From Octopus vulgaris (lineage: Eukaryota): DNA of 64,000 nt. Positions 13,158-26,140 of this stretch are shown here, piece after piece. The position numbers and the translations under genes are program-made. The notes beneath the pieces are model-generated. The model worked only from the letters and a program-made list of their open reading frames with translations. It had not been told where the DNA came from and made no database searches. Position 1 is the first letter of the stretch. Every line of letters starts with the position of its first letter. The stretch lies in contig OX597820.1 in the NCBI GenBank assembly GCA_951406725.2, positions 107,012,001-107,076,000 on the forward strand. The letters run 5' to 3'.

Positions 13158-14479
13158 CTATTGGAATAACTAGATGCATTTCTAGCACGTGGATTTGTGA
13201 CAACTGGAGACAACCTGTCTGGGAGTCGGTGAAAATTACCACAATCTTGTAAAGGTGGCGAAACAGATGATGTTTTAGGGATGAATGGTGTTGAAGGATG
13301 GAAAGAAGGCATTTCAGATGGGTGAGAACGCCTTTGATTCAGCTGTGGAGCTGTGACATGATTAAAAGCTGCAGGCAGAGGATGGAATTTCTTTTCATAT
13401 TTATTGGGTATGGACTTTGGTCGCACACCTTTGGAATAAGAGTCAATAAAAACTGCATCAAGTGCTGTTGGACTTGAGTGAAGAGGAGTGTGGCTAGAAG
13501 GCAATGTCTTACAATCAGACATGTTCTTCTGAAAATGGTCTTTGGTTGAAGGAGGGGGTACAGATTTGGTTAAATAAGGATTTAATGTAGTCAGCTTCAT
13601 CAATTTTGATGTCTGACTGTTCGCAGATAGAGTTTGTCTCCCAATCTCAGAATTCTGAGGACTATGTCTGTTTGCAGATGGCATTTGTCTGCCAACCTCA
13701 GAATTCTGAGGACTATGTCTGATGGAGGCTGCAAATGAAGAGTGAGTTCTTTCTGGAGGGACAGGAGGGGATTTGTATGAAGGCACACAGTCCTGTAATA
13801 TTACAGATAATGGTGGACGGTCTTTACGTTTCTGTGATGAAACTATTACAGTGCCCTGACCAGACACATTGGTTTGCATTCCTCTGTATTTTGGCCAGGT
13901 ACCACTATTTTCATGTTCAAGTTCTTTTTTTTTACGACCATTGTAATTCTCTTGCTCATTCAACATGGTGTTAAATTCTGCAATTACTTTGTCTTCATCA
14001 GTTTGTGCTGCATTTCTTTCTTGCTTATCAATGTATTTACTATGACGACCTTTTTTGAAAAAATCCCATGCTTTCTCTAAAAGCTTGTCAGATGCACTGT
14101 GTCGGCTTTTATTTTCAGATTCCTTTTGATGTGAAGATTTGTTGCTTTTCCTATGTGGAGGTTGTGGACTGTCCAAACTGTCGGTTTGGGAACCACTGTG
14201 CCGAACACTTCTACTGTCTTTGCTTTCTTCTAAGCCACTATCCCAAAGGTGATCTTTATCTGCTTCATTGCAGGAATGATCAGAGGTTGCAGCAGAAATT
14301 ACAGATTGTTCATGCAATGATCTAATCATGGTTTGGCAGATAGGTGTTGGAGAAGAACCAGTTGAATTGGCAGGGGAAGCAGTCTGTCGCCAAATTTCTA
14401 ACATTATCATTTCTCCACATGTCTGTAATATTTTGGTTACTTCAGAAGCAGACATACAATCAATGTTCTGACCATTAAT
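13158..14479 (-). CDS. DLG5: DLG5 large exon: end of PDZ2 (INGQNIDCMSASEVTKILQTCGEMIMLEI) plus low-complexity linker with SGTWPK motif
   Basis: 433-aa ORF 13154-14455 extends in frame to acceptor ccattttag; donor AG|gtaaga. Confidence 0.93.
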
Positions 14480-14959
14480 CTAAAATGGAACAAAAAAAAC
14501 AACATTAAACCAACATGATTTTATTTATTAATATGAGTAATATTTAATTCAATATAACAACTGTTCATAGTTACTGTCTTTTAGACACCAAAATGTGTCA
14601 GTAGCAACTGGTAAAATTTATTCTTTAAAGCAGACATAAGCAACCTTTTATGAGAAACATACTGCATAAGACATAGCCATAGCTCATCAGGTAGGCCACA
14701 CTGCTAAAAAAATTAAAGGTAATTGCTCGTTAGGCATACCATTTAGAGAGACCTGCAGGCTGCATGTGGATTATGTTAAAGCAATCAGTGATCTACTAAA
14801 ATTGAAACTAGTATTATCTGAAGTAAATCTAATAACAAAGCCAAAGAAAATTAATGTGGTGTGTGTGTGTGTGTGTACACTGGTGTGACTGTGTGAATAA
14901 GAAACTTGCTTCCCAACCATGTGGTCTTGGGGTCAATCCCACTGCACACACACACACTC

Positions 14960-16930
14960 ATTCTTAAACAAGAATATTGTTGACTGTGACTTTGAAGTTT
15001 TGGCTAGTTATGCCATCATCAGACTAATGCATTAGAGTAAATTTTGGCTTTATATAATTTCTGTTGTGCCAGTTGATGCTAAACAGAGTACTTTTTCATT
15101 TTAACTGCCATATATGTTTACATAGTGATGTATCTTTTTCCTGTTTGAGTTGTGAAAAGTGTGCATGCATTGGTTGCACTGTATCTTGAACTGGTTTGCT
15201 GTAGCTCCTATATATGTAGATATAGTATCTGGTGTGGTGTTCGTGGTTACCACTGTGTTAAATATGGCATTTTTTGAGAGAAAGTTTCCTTCAAGAGGGC
15301 AGAATGAAGGTGTTCTTACTTGGGTGTATGTGTTTGAGTGTGGTTATAGTTAGGTTTTAGGGTAGGTTGTTATGGATAAATTTTTATTGATTAAATTTGG
15401 TGTTATGTTATTGTTTAGAGTTAATTCATATATGTACAGCCTTGAAAGCAAGTGTGTATGTTTAGGTGTGTTTCTTTGTTAGGTAGACACAGGATGTGTT
15501 AGTGGTTTAGTTAATTTTGGTTTTATTGAATTTGAATATGCAAGGGTCAGAAGTGCAAAGTCTAGTATTTAAAACCTTAATAACTGGGTGTGTCAACTTA
15601 TTTGTAATGGACTTTTTAGGGGTTCACAAAAGAATGTAAATAGGTGGTTTAGTCAGTCAGTTTCTATACTTGTTTCCTGTTGTTATTTAGTGTATTATTT
15701 TTATTTGGAAGGTGGTGGTTATTAGTCAGGCATATTATGGCATTGTTAGTATAGAAAAATGTTTCTCTTGTGCTTTGATGTTCACAAAAGTATTTAGTTA
15801 TGTGTAGTGGTTGTTGGTCTGTATGTTTCACCCAGGGTGTTCATTGTTCTATAAACAATTGGATTAGTAAATAGAGATTTTATTCCTAGTGTGTTATGGA
15901 GGCTGAGTTTACAAATATGTCTTCAATTCTGTTTTTGAATGTAGATATTTTATAATGTATTATCTTAGGCCTCTATATGCAAAAGTGGGGCATTATAAAG
16001 GGTGTGTATAAAAATGGTAATAACAAAAAGCAATTTAAAAATTAAAAAGGAAAGAAAGAAAAGAATTATAAAAGAATCTTACAACATACTTGCACACACA
16101 TATATACCTTTGTGAGGATTTTGGTTGGAGATAGGGAACCTTTTAGATAGATTGTTGAGTATTTGCTTAGTGTAAAGATGTGAAAGTGTATTTTTGTTGT
16201 ATATTATGGTGTATGTAGGGGAGGGGATTTGGTGAGATATTAACAAGCTTAGCTGCTAGTAAAAACTATTAGTTTGAACTGTCTTAGTGTTTTTCAGAGT
16301 TTGTGCTCACAAGAAGATACTAATAGAGTTTCAATTCAGAATTTGGTCCATGAAAGTTAGAATGAGCTAGGATTCATTAGTACAAAGTTGTCAGGGACTG
16401 TTGTTACCTTGCTATGATTGTACAAGTGAGAGCATTTTCCAACTGATGCCAAATGGAGTATTTAAAAAAATTTTAATTGCCATATTTTTGTGTTCATGGT
16501 TACCACTGTACTATATATATATATATTCTTCGAGAGACAGTTTCCTTCAAGAGGGCAGAGTTAAGGTGTTCTACAATTTCAATTGTTACTGTGTGTGTGT
16601 GAGTCTAGGTTTTTCACTTTTAGACAATTTTTGGTAGCTGTAATTGACTACAGTTTTTTCAAAGCTGGTGATGGAGTATGACAATTTTACATTGCATTTG
16701 TTAATTAAAAGGTAGTACTTGTGGCTGGAGTGGAAGTGTTTTTGTAGTATTTTAGCTATTGGTGTGGAGACTTGTATGTCGAAGAGGAGATTACACCAGA
16801 TGATTTTTTCATTTTTCTATTCTTATGTATTCTATTACTTGTGTGAAATTTGTTGTTCATATATTGTACTTTTCCTTTGTAATCACAGTTGTTGAGAGCT
16901 TCAGTATATGGGGTTGAACTAAACATAAAT
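14960..16930 (-). mobile_element. Penelope-like retroelement remnants, two tandem 3' portions with GIY-YIG endonuclease relics
   Basis: Minus-strand peptides IIWCNLLFD...KHFHSSHKY...KLSYS and CPLEGNCLSKN (16290-16810), and a second CPLEGNFLSKNAIF..YIGATANQFK..TSLCKHIWQLK (15060-15315); ~40-bp direct repeat at 15275-15315 and 16532-16572. Confidence 0.75.
14985..15025 (-). ncRNA. Degenerate minimal type I hammerhead ribozyme at the end of the Penelope-like element
   Basis: Minus strand reads CTGATGA-T-GGC-ataacta-GCC-AAA-ACTT-ca-AAGT-C; GUC cleavage triplet; G12 replaced by A; stem I weak. Confidence 0.55.
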
Positions 16931-16946
16931 ACTTTATATATATATA

Positions 16947-18253
16947 TCGCCATACATAAAAGTGTAGTGGTGTCTCTGTGTGAGTTTGGGGTTACTCTAA
17001 CTCCTCCCAGACCACCCAACCGATTTTAATGATTTTTGGCACATAGGTAGATCACATGCCCTGAAGTTCAAATAAGGCCAGAATTTTTCAAAACCTCGAT
17101 AATGTTCAAAACGCATTGATTTTTTTTTTAGCTCAATTGGGTGTTTGAATGGAAATTCCCATAACGATGTTATTTTTCCTGCAGCTTTTGCATTTTTTGT
17201 TTGATTTTGATGAAAATTGATGAGTGAGCAAGGCTCATGGCAATGAGTTGACGTCAGTATATGGCGTTGACAAAAAAAATCGATAATTGTGCCTGAGCAG
17301 TCATTTTATAAAATAAAAAGGCTTTTTGCATGCAAATACCCATAGAGATTTTATTTTGGCTGTAACTTTTATATTTTTTATCCAGTTTTAATGAAATTTG
17401 AGATGTAGATAAAATTTGTGGTGTGGGAGACAGTAAAGGTGTTTATTTCATTCAAAAGGGCTTGAAAAGGGCACAATTGCAAATAAGCATTTCCTTAGAG
17501 ACATTCTTATCGATTTTTTAGAAATTTTATATATGGTTACAGTTCATGTCCATTAGTTGATGCCAGCATGAAGAGTTGACTAAAAATCGATAATTGCACG
17601 TGATTGGGGATTTAAAGAAATCAACAGGCTTTTTGTATGCAATTACCCATAAGATTAATATTTTATACTGTAACTTTTACAGAATACATCTGATTTTCAT
17701 GAAACTTGAGATTTCGGTAAAGCTTAAGGTCAGAGTCATGTAGTAGAATTAAAATTAAACTGGCGAAAGGCAGAAATCATCAAAATTCACTCACAATAAA
17801 ATAATGAACTGATTTTGAAGAACATTGACCCATGAGTAAAATTAAGCGCTTCGACATGAAACATTGATTATTCATATATTGGGATTTAAAAGCCAGTGGG
17901 ATATTTTCATGTAAATGGTCACATGGATTCTATTTTATGACATAACCTTAACACTTTTCTTCGGATTTTGCTGAGATTGGACATGCTGATCAATTTTGTA
18001 CAGAGGGGAGAGAAATAAACAAACATCACTCTCAACGGGTCAATGTACACCCATAAGTTTGACTGCGATTTCAGACGGTCCACTATGTAGGAGTATGTTG
18101 AAAGTGTTAACCGGGTGAAATCAATGCCAAACCAGATATAACATCTTAATGGGTAATAGTTGGCACGGGAAATGTAGAAGATTTCAATACAAGGTCAGAA
18201 GTAGGCTTAACTTCAACATGGAAAACACGACCAATACCGGGTCCAACAGCTAG
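16947..18253 (+). mobile_element. Non-autonomous Helitron with an internal diverged tandem array
   Basis: A|TC start, subterminal GC-rich segment (cgaccaataccgggtc) and CTAG|T end; recurring gattttnatgaaa-ttg motif. Confidence 0.7.
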
Positions 18254-18262
18254 TGTATATAC

Positions 18263-18294
<32 letters not shown>

Positions 18295-18325
18295 GTATGT
18301 ATGTATCTATATATATATATATATA

Positions 18326-18800
18326 CAGTAATGCCTCGATATAAGAATTGATTTGTTCCCAGAGACTGCTTGTAAAGTGAAAACTCATAAAGCAGAGCAA
18401 TAATTTCCCATAATAGCAATGTTATAAATCATAATTTGTTCCCAGAGAAATATTTTACCTATACAATTTATAATATTCCTAAATAAATTGCAATAAAACA
18501 ATAGTAGAATGTAAAAAATATTTTATGTAAGGTAAAAAGAATATCAAGATAATTTATAATAAAAATATTATCATTGTAACCGTTTTCTGAACCCCACACA
18601 AAAGTCTTGAGTTAGAAGCTTTTTCTTGCTCACTATACATTTCGCAGTAACACGCAGAAGCAGTTGTTATGGTGGTAGAAACTTTTGCACTTTGTTCAAA
18701 ATTTGAATCTTGTACTTGAAAAATTTCAGCTCACCATACAAAAGTGAGCTGAAAAATAAAACTCATTAACTCGGGGTCTTGTGAAGTGGGGTATTACCTG
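18326..18800. mobile_element. Tigger/pogo-like MITE
   Basis: TA|cagtaatgcctcg ... ggggtattacctg|TA imperfect TIRs with TA target duplication. Confidence 0.6.
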
Positions 18801-18856
18801 TATGTAGAGTGTGTATCTTTTCTGATATATGTTTCATTAATTATGTATGTATATAT

Positions 18857-19160
<304 letters not shown>

Positions 19161-19415
19161 ATACATACACACATGCACGTTGTTGGTGGTATTATTGTAA
19201 TATTACTTATGTGTTTATGCTTGTGTCCTCTGGAATCTCATAATTTGATTGGCTGAAAGAAATTTTCATCATATACCCAGAGTATTCAGAAAGATCCAAA
19301 ACAGGAATTAATCCTATTCTACCTGACGAAGTGCCCACACACAGCTGTAGCTGAAAATATTGAACTACATAATCATTACTCTATATTTTTTGAGATGAGG
19401 AATTATGTACATCAT

Positions 19416-19768
19416 AGGCGTAGAAGTGGGTGTGTGGTGGGTGGCTTGCTTGCCAACCACATGGTTCCGGGTTCAGTCCCACTGCATGGCACCTTGGGCA
19501 AGTGTCTTCTGCTATAGCCTCAGGCTGACCAAAGACTTGAGTGGATTTGGTAGACAGAAACTGAAAGAAGCCCGTCGTATATACGTATATATATATGTGT
19601 GTGTGTGTGTGACCACAACATCGCTTGACAACTGATGCCGGTGTGTTTACGTCCCCGTAACTTAGCGGTTCAGCAAAAAAGACCGATAGAATAAGAACTA
19701 GGCTTACAAAGAATAAGTCCAGTATGGCCACAGTCAAATGACTGAAACAAGTTAAAGAGTAAAAGAGT
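19416..19768 (+). mobile_element. tRNA-derived SINE (family with aaagagt tail)
   Basis: A-box-like gtgtgtggt, B-box-like ggttcagtccc, ccttgggcaagtgtctt core, internal AT/GT microsatellite. Confidence 0.85.
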
Positions 19769-20138
19769 ATCATTTATAATGGACGGATTTATAATAAACA
19801 AGATGAGAACACCTATCCCGCCTTTGTAAATAATCATTATAAAAAATGCTCTTCCCTAATGGTAAATGAATATAAATTTAGCCACTTAAAGCTAGTGTGT
19901 GGTGCAGAAACAAATTCTGTGATCTACTATTAAGGCCTGATATCCTCCATCCTTGTGTTATATTATTCTTGTATTAATCATATACAAAGAGGAATCCCAT
20001 ATGTGTAGCCAGCACTGGAATATACCCAACTGTAGGATAAAATGTGGTAGCCAAATAATGACGTAAGAGCTCTTAAATGAATGTTACAAGGTTTTTACCA
20101 AAATTAAAGTAAATATAAATATAAATATATATATATAT

Positions 20139-22060
20139 AGGCATACCTCACCCTACATTGCTAATTGGTCCCAGGAGACATGACTTAAGTCGAATTAACT
20201 TGTCTCTAGACTAGGCTAGGTCGAATTTACTTGCCTCTAGGCTAAACCAATAACGACCATTTCCAGGTCTGTACTTTATTTATGAATGCATTTTGAATAA
20301 TACAGTACAGTAAAAAAAAAAGTAATCTAAATTTACGAATACAATTTGGAAGTGTTTACCATACATCGCGGACACTATATTTATGAATGCGGTTTGCAAT
20401 AAGACATGGGAAAATAAAAGCCTTTTTTAAGCTAAATAACAAATTCAGTAATTATTATTTTACAATAAAAAAAAAAAATAATTTTAAATTTACCAATACG
20501 TACATACAACTTGGAAGTTTACATGCAGATGCAGATGGTTGTGGATCGTCAACATCAACAGCTGACTCTGGCTGTTCTTGTTCAATGCACTTAAAAACCG
20601 GTTCAGAGTTCCTTAAACTGTCTTCTTTTTCTCCTCAAGGATTACATTATAAGGAGCCCCCATAATCTTGGAAAAGCATTGAGCATTTGAATCCATATCC
20701 TTGAACATAGAAAGACTTTTTTAATATATGCAAATGCTTGCTGCATTTTTTTAATGGTAAAGTGATGTGGCTCAGGTTCGACTTCCTCTTCTTTATTTTA
20801 CTTCATATAGTAACACTTGAAGATAGCAGTTATTCCCTGATCCATTGGCTGCAGAAGAGACATGGTGTTCAGAGGGAGGTTTACAACGGTAACGTTGGGG
20901 TAAAAATCTATGATGTTTTGCAGGTGGCCAGGAACACTATCTAAGAGAAGTAAAACCTTAAAAGGAACCCCCTTCTCCTTACAGTACTTCTCTGTTGCTG
21001 GGATAAAATGATTGAAGAGCCAATCTTCAAAAACAGCAACAATAAACCCATGCTTTTGAATTATCCATCCATATAACAGGGAGAGATGCCTTGGATATGT
21101 CCTTCAGGGCACAGGGGTTGTGTGCATGATACACAAGCAATGGCTTTAACTTAAAATCTCCTGCACAATTACCTCCCAACATAATGGTCACATGTTCTTA
21201 TGAGACCTTGCAACCTGGAATAGTTTTCTCCTTGGAAATGAATGAAAGTCTGGCAATTTTTTCCAACACAATCCAATTTCGTCTACGTTAATAATCTGTT
21301 CGGGAAGAAACTGTTTTCTTTGATGAATGCATAAGGAAATTCCGCTGCTGCTTGGTCATCAGCTGATGCACTTTCACCTTGCTTCTTAATGGAGTGATAA
21401 TTTCTTCTCTCCTTAAATCTCATGAACCATCCTTGACTTGCCTTGAACTCTAAATCTTTCTCATCTGGATACTTTTCCTTCAGGTCCTCAAACAAAGACA
21501 ATGCTTTCTCTTGAATGAATTCTTGACTAATAGCAACACACTGATGATTCAACCTAACAATCCAAAGAGAAAGAAGACTTTCCATTTCTTCAAAGATGTT
21601 GCCTCTTTTCTTATTGATGACAGTGTTCTTCATCCCAGGGGTTTCAGATTTGATATGTCCTAAAACCTTATCTTTATTATGTACAATCATTGACACAGTT
21701 GTCTGACTCATCCTAAAAGATCATGCAATTGCTACAATTTTTCACCATTTCATGGCATTTTACCCTGGCCAGTTTATCGTCCAGCGCTATAGCATGATGC
21801 TTAGCACTTTTACTATCTATTTTCTTAGGAACCATGGAGGCAAAAAATAAGATATTATTTGATTCTTTCACCTGCACGATTTTCACTAAGAAAAAGAAAA
21901 AAAACTTGGATTTTTTACATGGAATCAAGTATCCTGACCTCCTAATATGCTGCAAACCCCTTATTTTTGCACACAAAAAAAGGCAGATGGAAAACTGGAC
22001 TGCCAGAAATTGCAAAGGAAAAATCTATTTTTGGCACAGAAATGTGTTTCATTGTGTGTA
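20139..22060 (-). mobile_element. Tigger/pogo DNA transposon, decayed (CENP-B-type HTH 21283-21840, DDE relics 20900-21280)
   Basis: IQEKALSLFEDL..FKASQGWFMRFKER..GESASAD peptide; MLGGNCAGDFKLKPLLVYHAHNP; Tigger1-like terminus aggcatacctc at 20139; other TIR not found. Confidence 0.85.
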
Positions 22061-22067
22061 GATAGAT

Positions 22068-22103
<36 letters not shown>

Positions 22104-23302
22104 AGAGAGAAAAAGAAAGAGAGAGTGAGTGGGTGACAAAGTTTACCTAAACATTGACTGGGTAACAATCTATCATAATTATTTCATAATATATCATTAT
22201 CACCATCATCATTTAACCTCTGCTTTCCATTCTGGCATGGGTTGGACGGTTTGACTGGCAAGCTAGGAAAATCAATTCGGGATTATTATATATATTTAAT
22301 ACAGTGATTTTGAGAGGTAGGAAAAAGATACTTTGTTAATATTATAAATTTTATTCTGTTTCACTCATACATGCAAAAACTCTGTTTTTTTAAGATGAAT
22401 TTATCGTTTATCTCTCCACACTTTGCTACCACTAACTTCTTTAACCTCTGCATTTTCACTTATTCATTTCAAACTTCTTTGAATTTTCAATCTAATGTAA
22501 ACCACACTCTCTCGAAAATGTATTTCTGCAAAATGTTATCTAAAATTATGGGTAAAGAAAGAAATAGTAAAATTTCCAAGGGTTCCACCCCACACTACCC
22601 CATTTTCCAGACCCCAAAAAGGGTTTTGTAGCATATTAGGAGGTCACTGGAATTCAGTCAATGAAAGAAAAAAATTTCCAATGATTCTGGGATATGGGGG
22701 GGGGGGGGGGTCCGCCCCCCTCCACTTTTTCTGAACAAAAATAAGGAGTTTGCAGCATATTAGGAGGTCAGGGTACTTGATTCCACACAAAAAATTTGAG
22801 TCTTCTTTTTCTTAATGAAAATCATGCAAGTGAAAGGATCAAAATTTACCAAAAATAAAGTTACAAATGAATGAGAATGAGAAAGTAGCTGTTAAACAGA
22901 CATAAACAAATCTGAATTCAAAACAATCATGGGAATCACGATTGACAACGATGCCTCACGGTAGATATTGGAACTACAGTGCAATATGAGCTCCGAAAGG
23001 CCAATAAGACAACACAGCTGGTTTCCTGATTTCATTCACTAAGCTACACTACTGAATGGTGTGTATCTTCACATTTACAGAATCTATTTTAATGATTTTA
23101 TATGCTTTCATTCTTAATTATTGTAGAGTAACATGATTTTATGTTATTTTAACAGTTTTCTAGTGATTTTATAATTCCAATATTTGTGGCAGACAGACGT
23201 AAAGTTGAGTAAAATGACTTAACTTGATTTTCATTTTTCCATATATTATTTTTGATGTATAATTGAAAATGACTTAAATTGAAATGACTTAAGATGAGGT
23301 GC

Positions 23303-23349
<47 letters not shown>

Positions 23350-23383
23350 AAGAGAGAGAGAGAGAGAGAGAGGCTAAACTTAC

Positions 23384-23487
23384 ACTGCTGATTCTGTCCC
23401 CAACAATAAGCATTCCATCTTTTGCTATTACTGAACCAGCAGAAATGCGACTGATGAAAATACCATTTTCTATTTGGATTCCCATAT
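23384..23487 (-). CDS. DLG5: DLG5 exon, PDZ2 (DMGIQIENGIFISRISAGSVIAKDGMLIVGDRISS)
   Basis: PDZ-like peptide; acceptor tcttgcag, donor AGT|gtaagt. Confidence 0.92.
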
Positions 23488-23924
23488 CTGCAAGAATATA
23501 AGAAAGCAATTAAAGTCATATATTTGCATTCAAAGTAATTGCAATAATAAAGTAAAGTAGATATTAACTGTTATATTTAAGAAAACCAAAAAAATAAAAA
23601 ACAATAAAAATGTACCTCCAAGGACAATATTCTAACAAATAAAAAAAAAATACAAAATGCACAAGGGCATTTTTATGGAAGATTATTTTGAATGTGTTTA
23701 CTTTGTGCCAAAATCTAGATGCATAAACTAGGGTAGTTTTTTGTTCGTGGTTAGTATACACTAGAGTCTATAAAGGTGCTTTTATGATTGAAAAACAAAT
23801 TGAGCAAATGCTTGACCAAAAAAGATAATGATTTAATCGTGATGTGCCAAACCAACAGAAACATACTGTATTTGCTGGAGTATAAGATGCACTCTTGCAT
23901 AAAACACATCTCTATTTTACAAAC

Positions 23925-24320
23925 AGTTGTTTGACTAAGAACGTGGTTTTAGGTTCACTCCCACTGCAGAGCATTTTGGGCAAATATCTTCTATAGTTAC
24001 AGGTTGACCAAAGTTTTGTGAGTGGATTTAGTAGATGGAAACTGATAGAAGCCTGTTGTATATATGTGTGAATGTGTCTGTATTTGTGTGTCCTTGTCTT
24101 GAAATCATGTGATAGCTGTAAATGATTGTCACTGTCAAACAAGCAGTGTCTTTCATTTTCAATATTCTGCAAGAACATATTAGCTATGGAGAAACATTAC
24201 CTTGCTTGGAAACAGGTGAAGGTTGGTGAGAGAAAGGCCATCTAGCTGTAGAAAATATACCTCAATAAATTCCATCTGACCCATACAAACATGGAAAAGA
24301 GGACATTAAAATGACGATGA
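23925..24320 (+). mobile_element. tRNA-derived SINE with RTE-like (GAT) tail (similar copies 9455-9775, 12545-12945, 62890-63280 minus)
   Basis: Same head and core as the aaagagt-tail family but ends ccatacaaacatggaaaagaggacattaaaatgacgatga. Confidence 0.75.
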
Positions 24321-24687
24321 TTTTGTGGAAAAACAAATGCGGTAATTCTGTCATACAGATATTTTAAAGAGATTTTTTTAAAGATAGAAATCAGTAATCC
24401 ATGCATGCATGTAAATACTGTATTATTAACAGTATACTGGAATAGAGTATGAAACCGTAAATTTTTAAATAAATTGTTACATGAGTACTCCATTTCAACA
24501 TTATTTTCTTCCAGATCAACTATATAGAAGAGAATTGCCATAAGGGATGTAAAACTTGTATTTCTAGCTCTGATGTTTTGTGTCACCATTGGCCACCAGG
24601 GTGGTGTATTACAATATAGTTTTGTAGTCACCCACTCATTGCAAATAGCTGACAAGTGGATGCGAGATTCTCAATATTCATCAACAG

Positions 24688-25110
24688 AGGTGCAGGCATG
24701 GTTGTGTGGTAAAGAGGCTTGTTTCCCAACCACATGGTGCCACATTCAGTCCCAGTGAGTGGCACATTGGACAAGTGTTTCCTCTTATAACCTCAAGCTA
24801 ACCAAAGCCTTGTGAGTGGATTTGGTACATGGAAACTGAAAGAAGCTTGTCGTATATGTGTGTGTGTGTGTGTTTGAGCATGCCTGTTTTTGTATCTGTG
24901 TTTGTCCCCCCACTACCACTTTGCAACTGGTATTTGTATTTACATCCCTGTAACTTAGCAATTTAGCAAAAGCGATCGATAGAATAAGTATCAGACTTAA
25001 CAAAAACATAGTACTGGGGTCAATTCATTTGACTAAAAAATCCTTCAAAATGGTGCCCCAGCATTGACACAGTCTAATGACTGAAACAAGTAAAAAGTAA
25101 AAGATAAAAA
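24688..25110 (+). mobile_element. tRNA-derived SINE, diverged copy
   Basis: Colinear with the 49138-49567 copy. Confidence 0.8.
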
Positions 25111-25276
25111 ATTCCTTGTTTTAGGACAATTTTTCATTTCGATAATGAACAAATGACTGTTAAAAGTAACACATTCATTAAACAATATGAGACACATTCC
25201 AGGTGAAGGTTATGTAAGCTAGGGAAGGAGGTATAATGAAATGATGAAATCTCTCCATATAACTTCCAATATATTA

Positions 25277-26140
25277 TGAGGTGGTATCAAAAAATTCCCA
25301 GACTAGTTCTGTAGTGCACCAACAGATGACAGCACAGGGTTGCATATGCAGGGAGAGCTAGCAGTAACCTTCATGAGGTAGTGTGCTAAGTGACATCGCT
25401 GTGTCTCCTTTGCAAGTTGTGAAATTTGTGTCTTTATGATCATGTGTATGTTATAGTCTGTGATTTTGTTATGGACAGGAAGTTGGAACAAAGAGCCAAC
25501 ATGAGATTTTGTGTTAAATTTGGGAAGTCAGCTACAAAGAATATTGAGCAGGCTTCAGCATGCTTATGGTGATGAGGTAATGGGCGGTACACAATGTTTT
25601 GAGTGACACAGGCACTTCAAAAGCGTAAAAATGTCCTTGGAAGATAAGCAATCTAGAAGACCTGCTATGAGTGTCACCCCAGAAATGTGGAGAAAATTCA
25701 TGAGCTTGTGCATGAGGATTGTCAGAGGACATTCAACGACATTGCTGATGTTGTTGGTCTGTCATATGAGTCTGTGCAAGCAATCTTAATGTCTAAATTG
25801 AACATGTGACATGTGTCTGCCAAGTCTGTTCCCTGCCTGCTGACCAGTGAGCAGAAAGAATATTGCATTGAGGTCTGTCAGTGTAAACAATTGGATTCTT
25901 CAGGATAACAATGCACCCTGTCACTGAACTCTCCTCACTCATGAGTTTCTTGCCAAAAACAACATGGTATTGCTTCTGCACCCACCCTATTCACCAGATC
26001 TATCACCTGCAGACTTCCATCTCTTCCCCAAGATGGAAATGTAGCTCTAAGTTTGCCGGTTTAAAAACATTGTTGAAATCCAGAGTGAATTGTAGTGGCA
26101 GGAACACAGGGACTGGTGCATTGCAATAAGTTTGAATTCT
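25277..26140 (+). mobile_element. mariner (DD34D-type) remnant with internal deletion
   Basis: TA|tgaggtggtatcaaaaa terminus; LEQRANMRFCVKFGKSAT; QDNNAPCH and HPPYSPDLSPADFHLFPKM motifs. Confidence 0.8.

Noticed and set aside
17015-17985. CRISPR-like repeat-spacer array
   Set aside because: Eukaryotic context, degenerate motif, spacers homologous to each other and no cas genes.
19322-19362. Second hammerhead-like motif ctgacga...ctgaaa
   Set aside because: Stems I-III could not be paired convincingly and no Penelope context was found.
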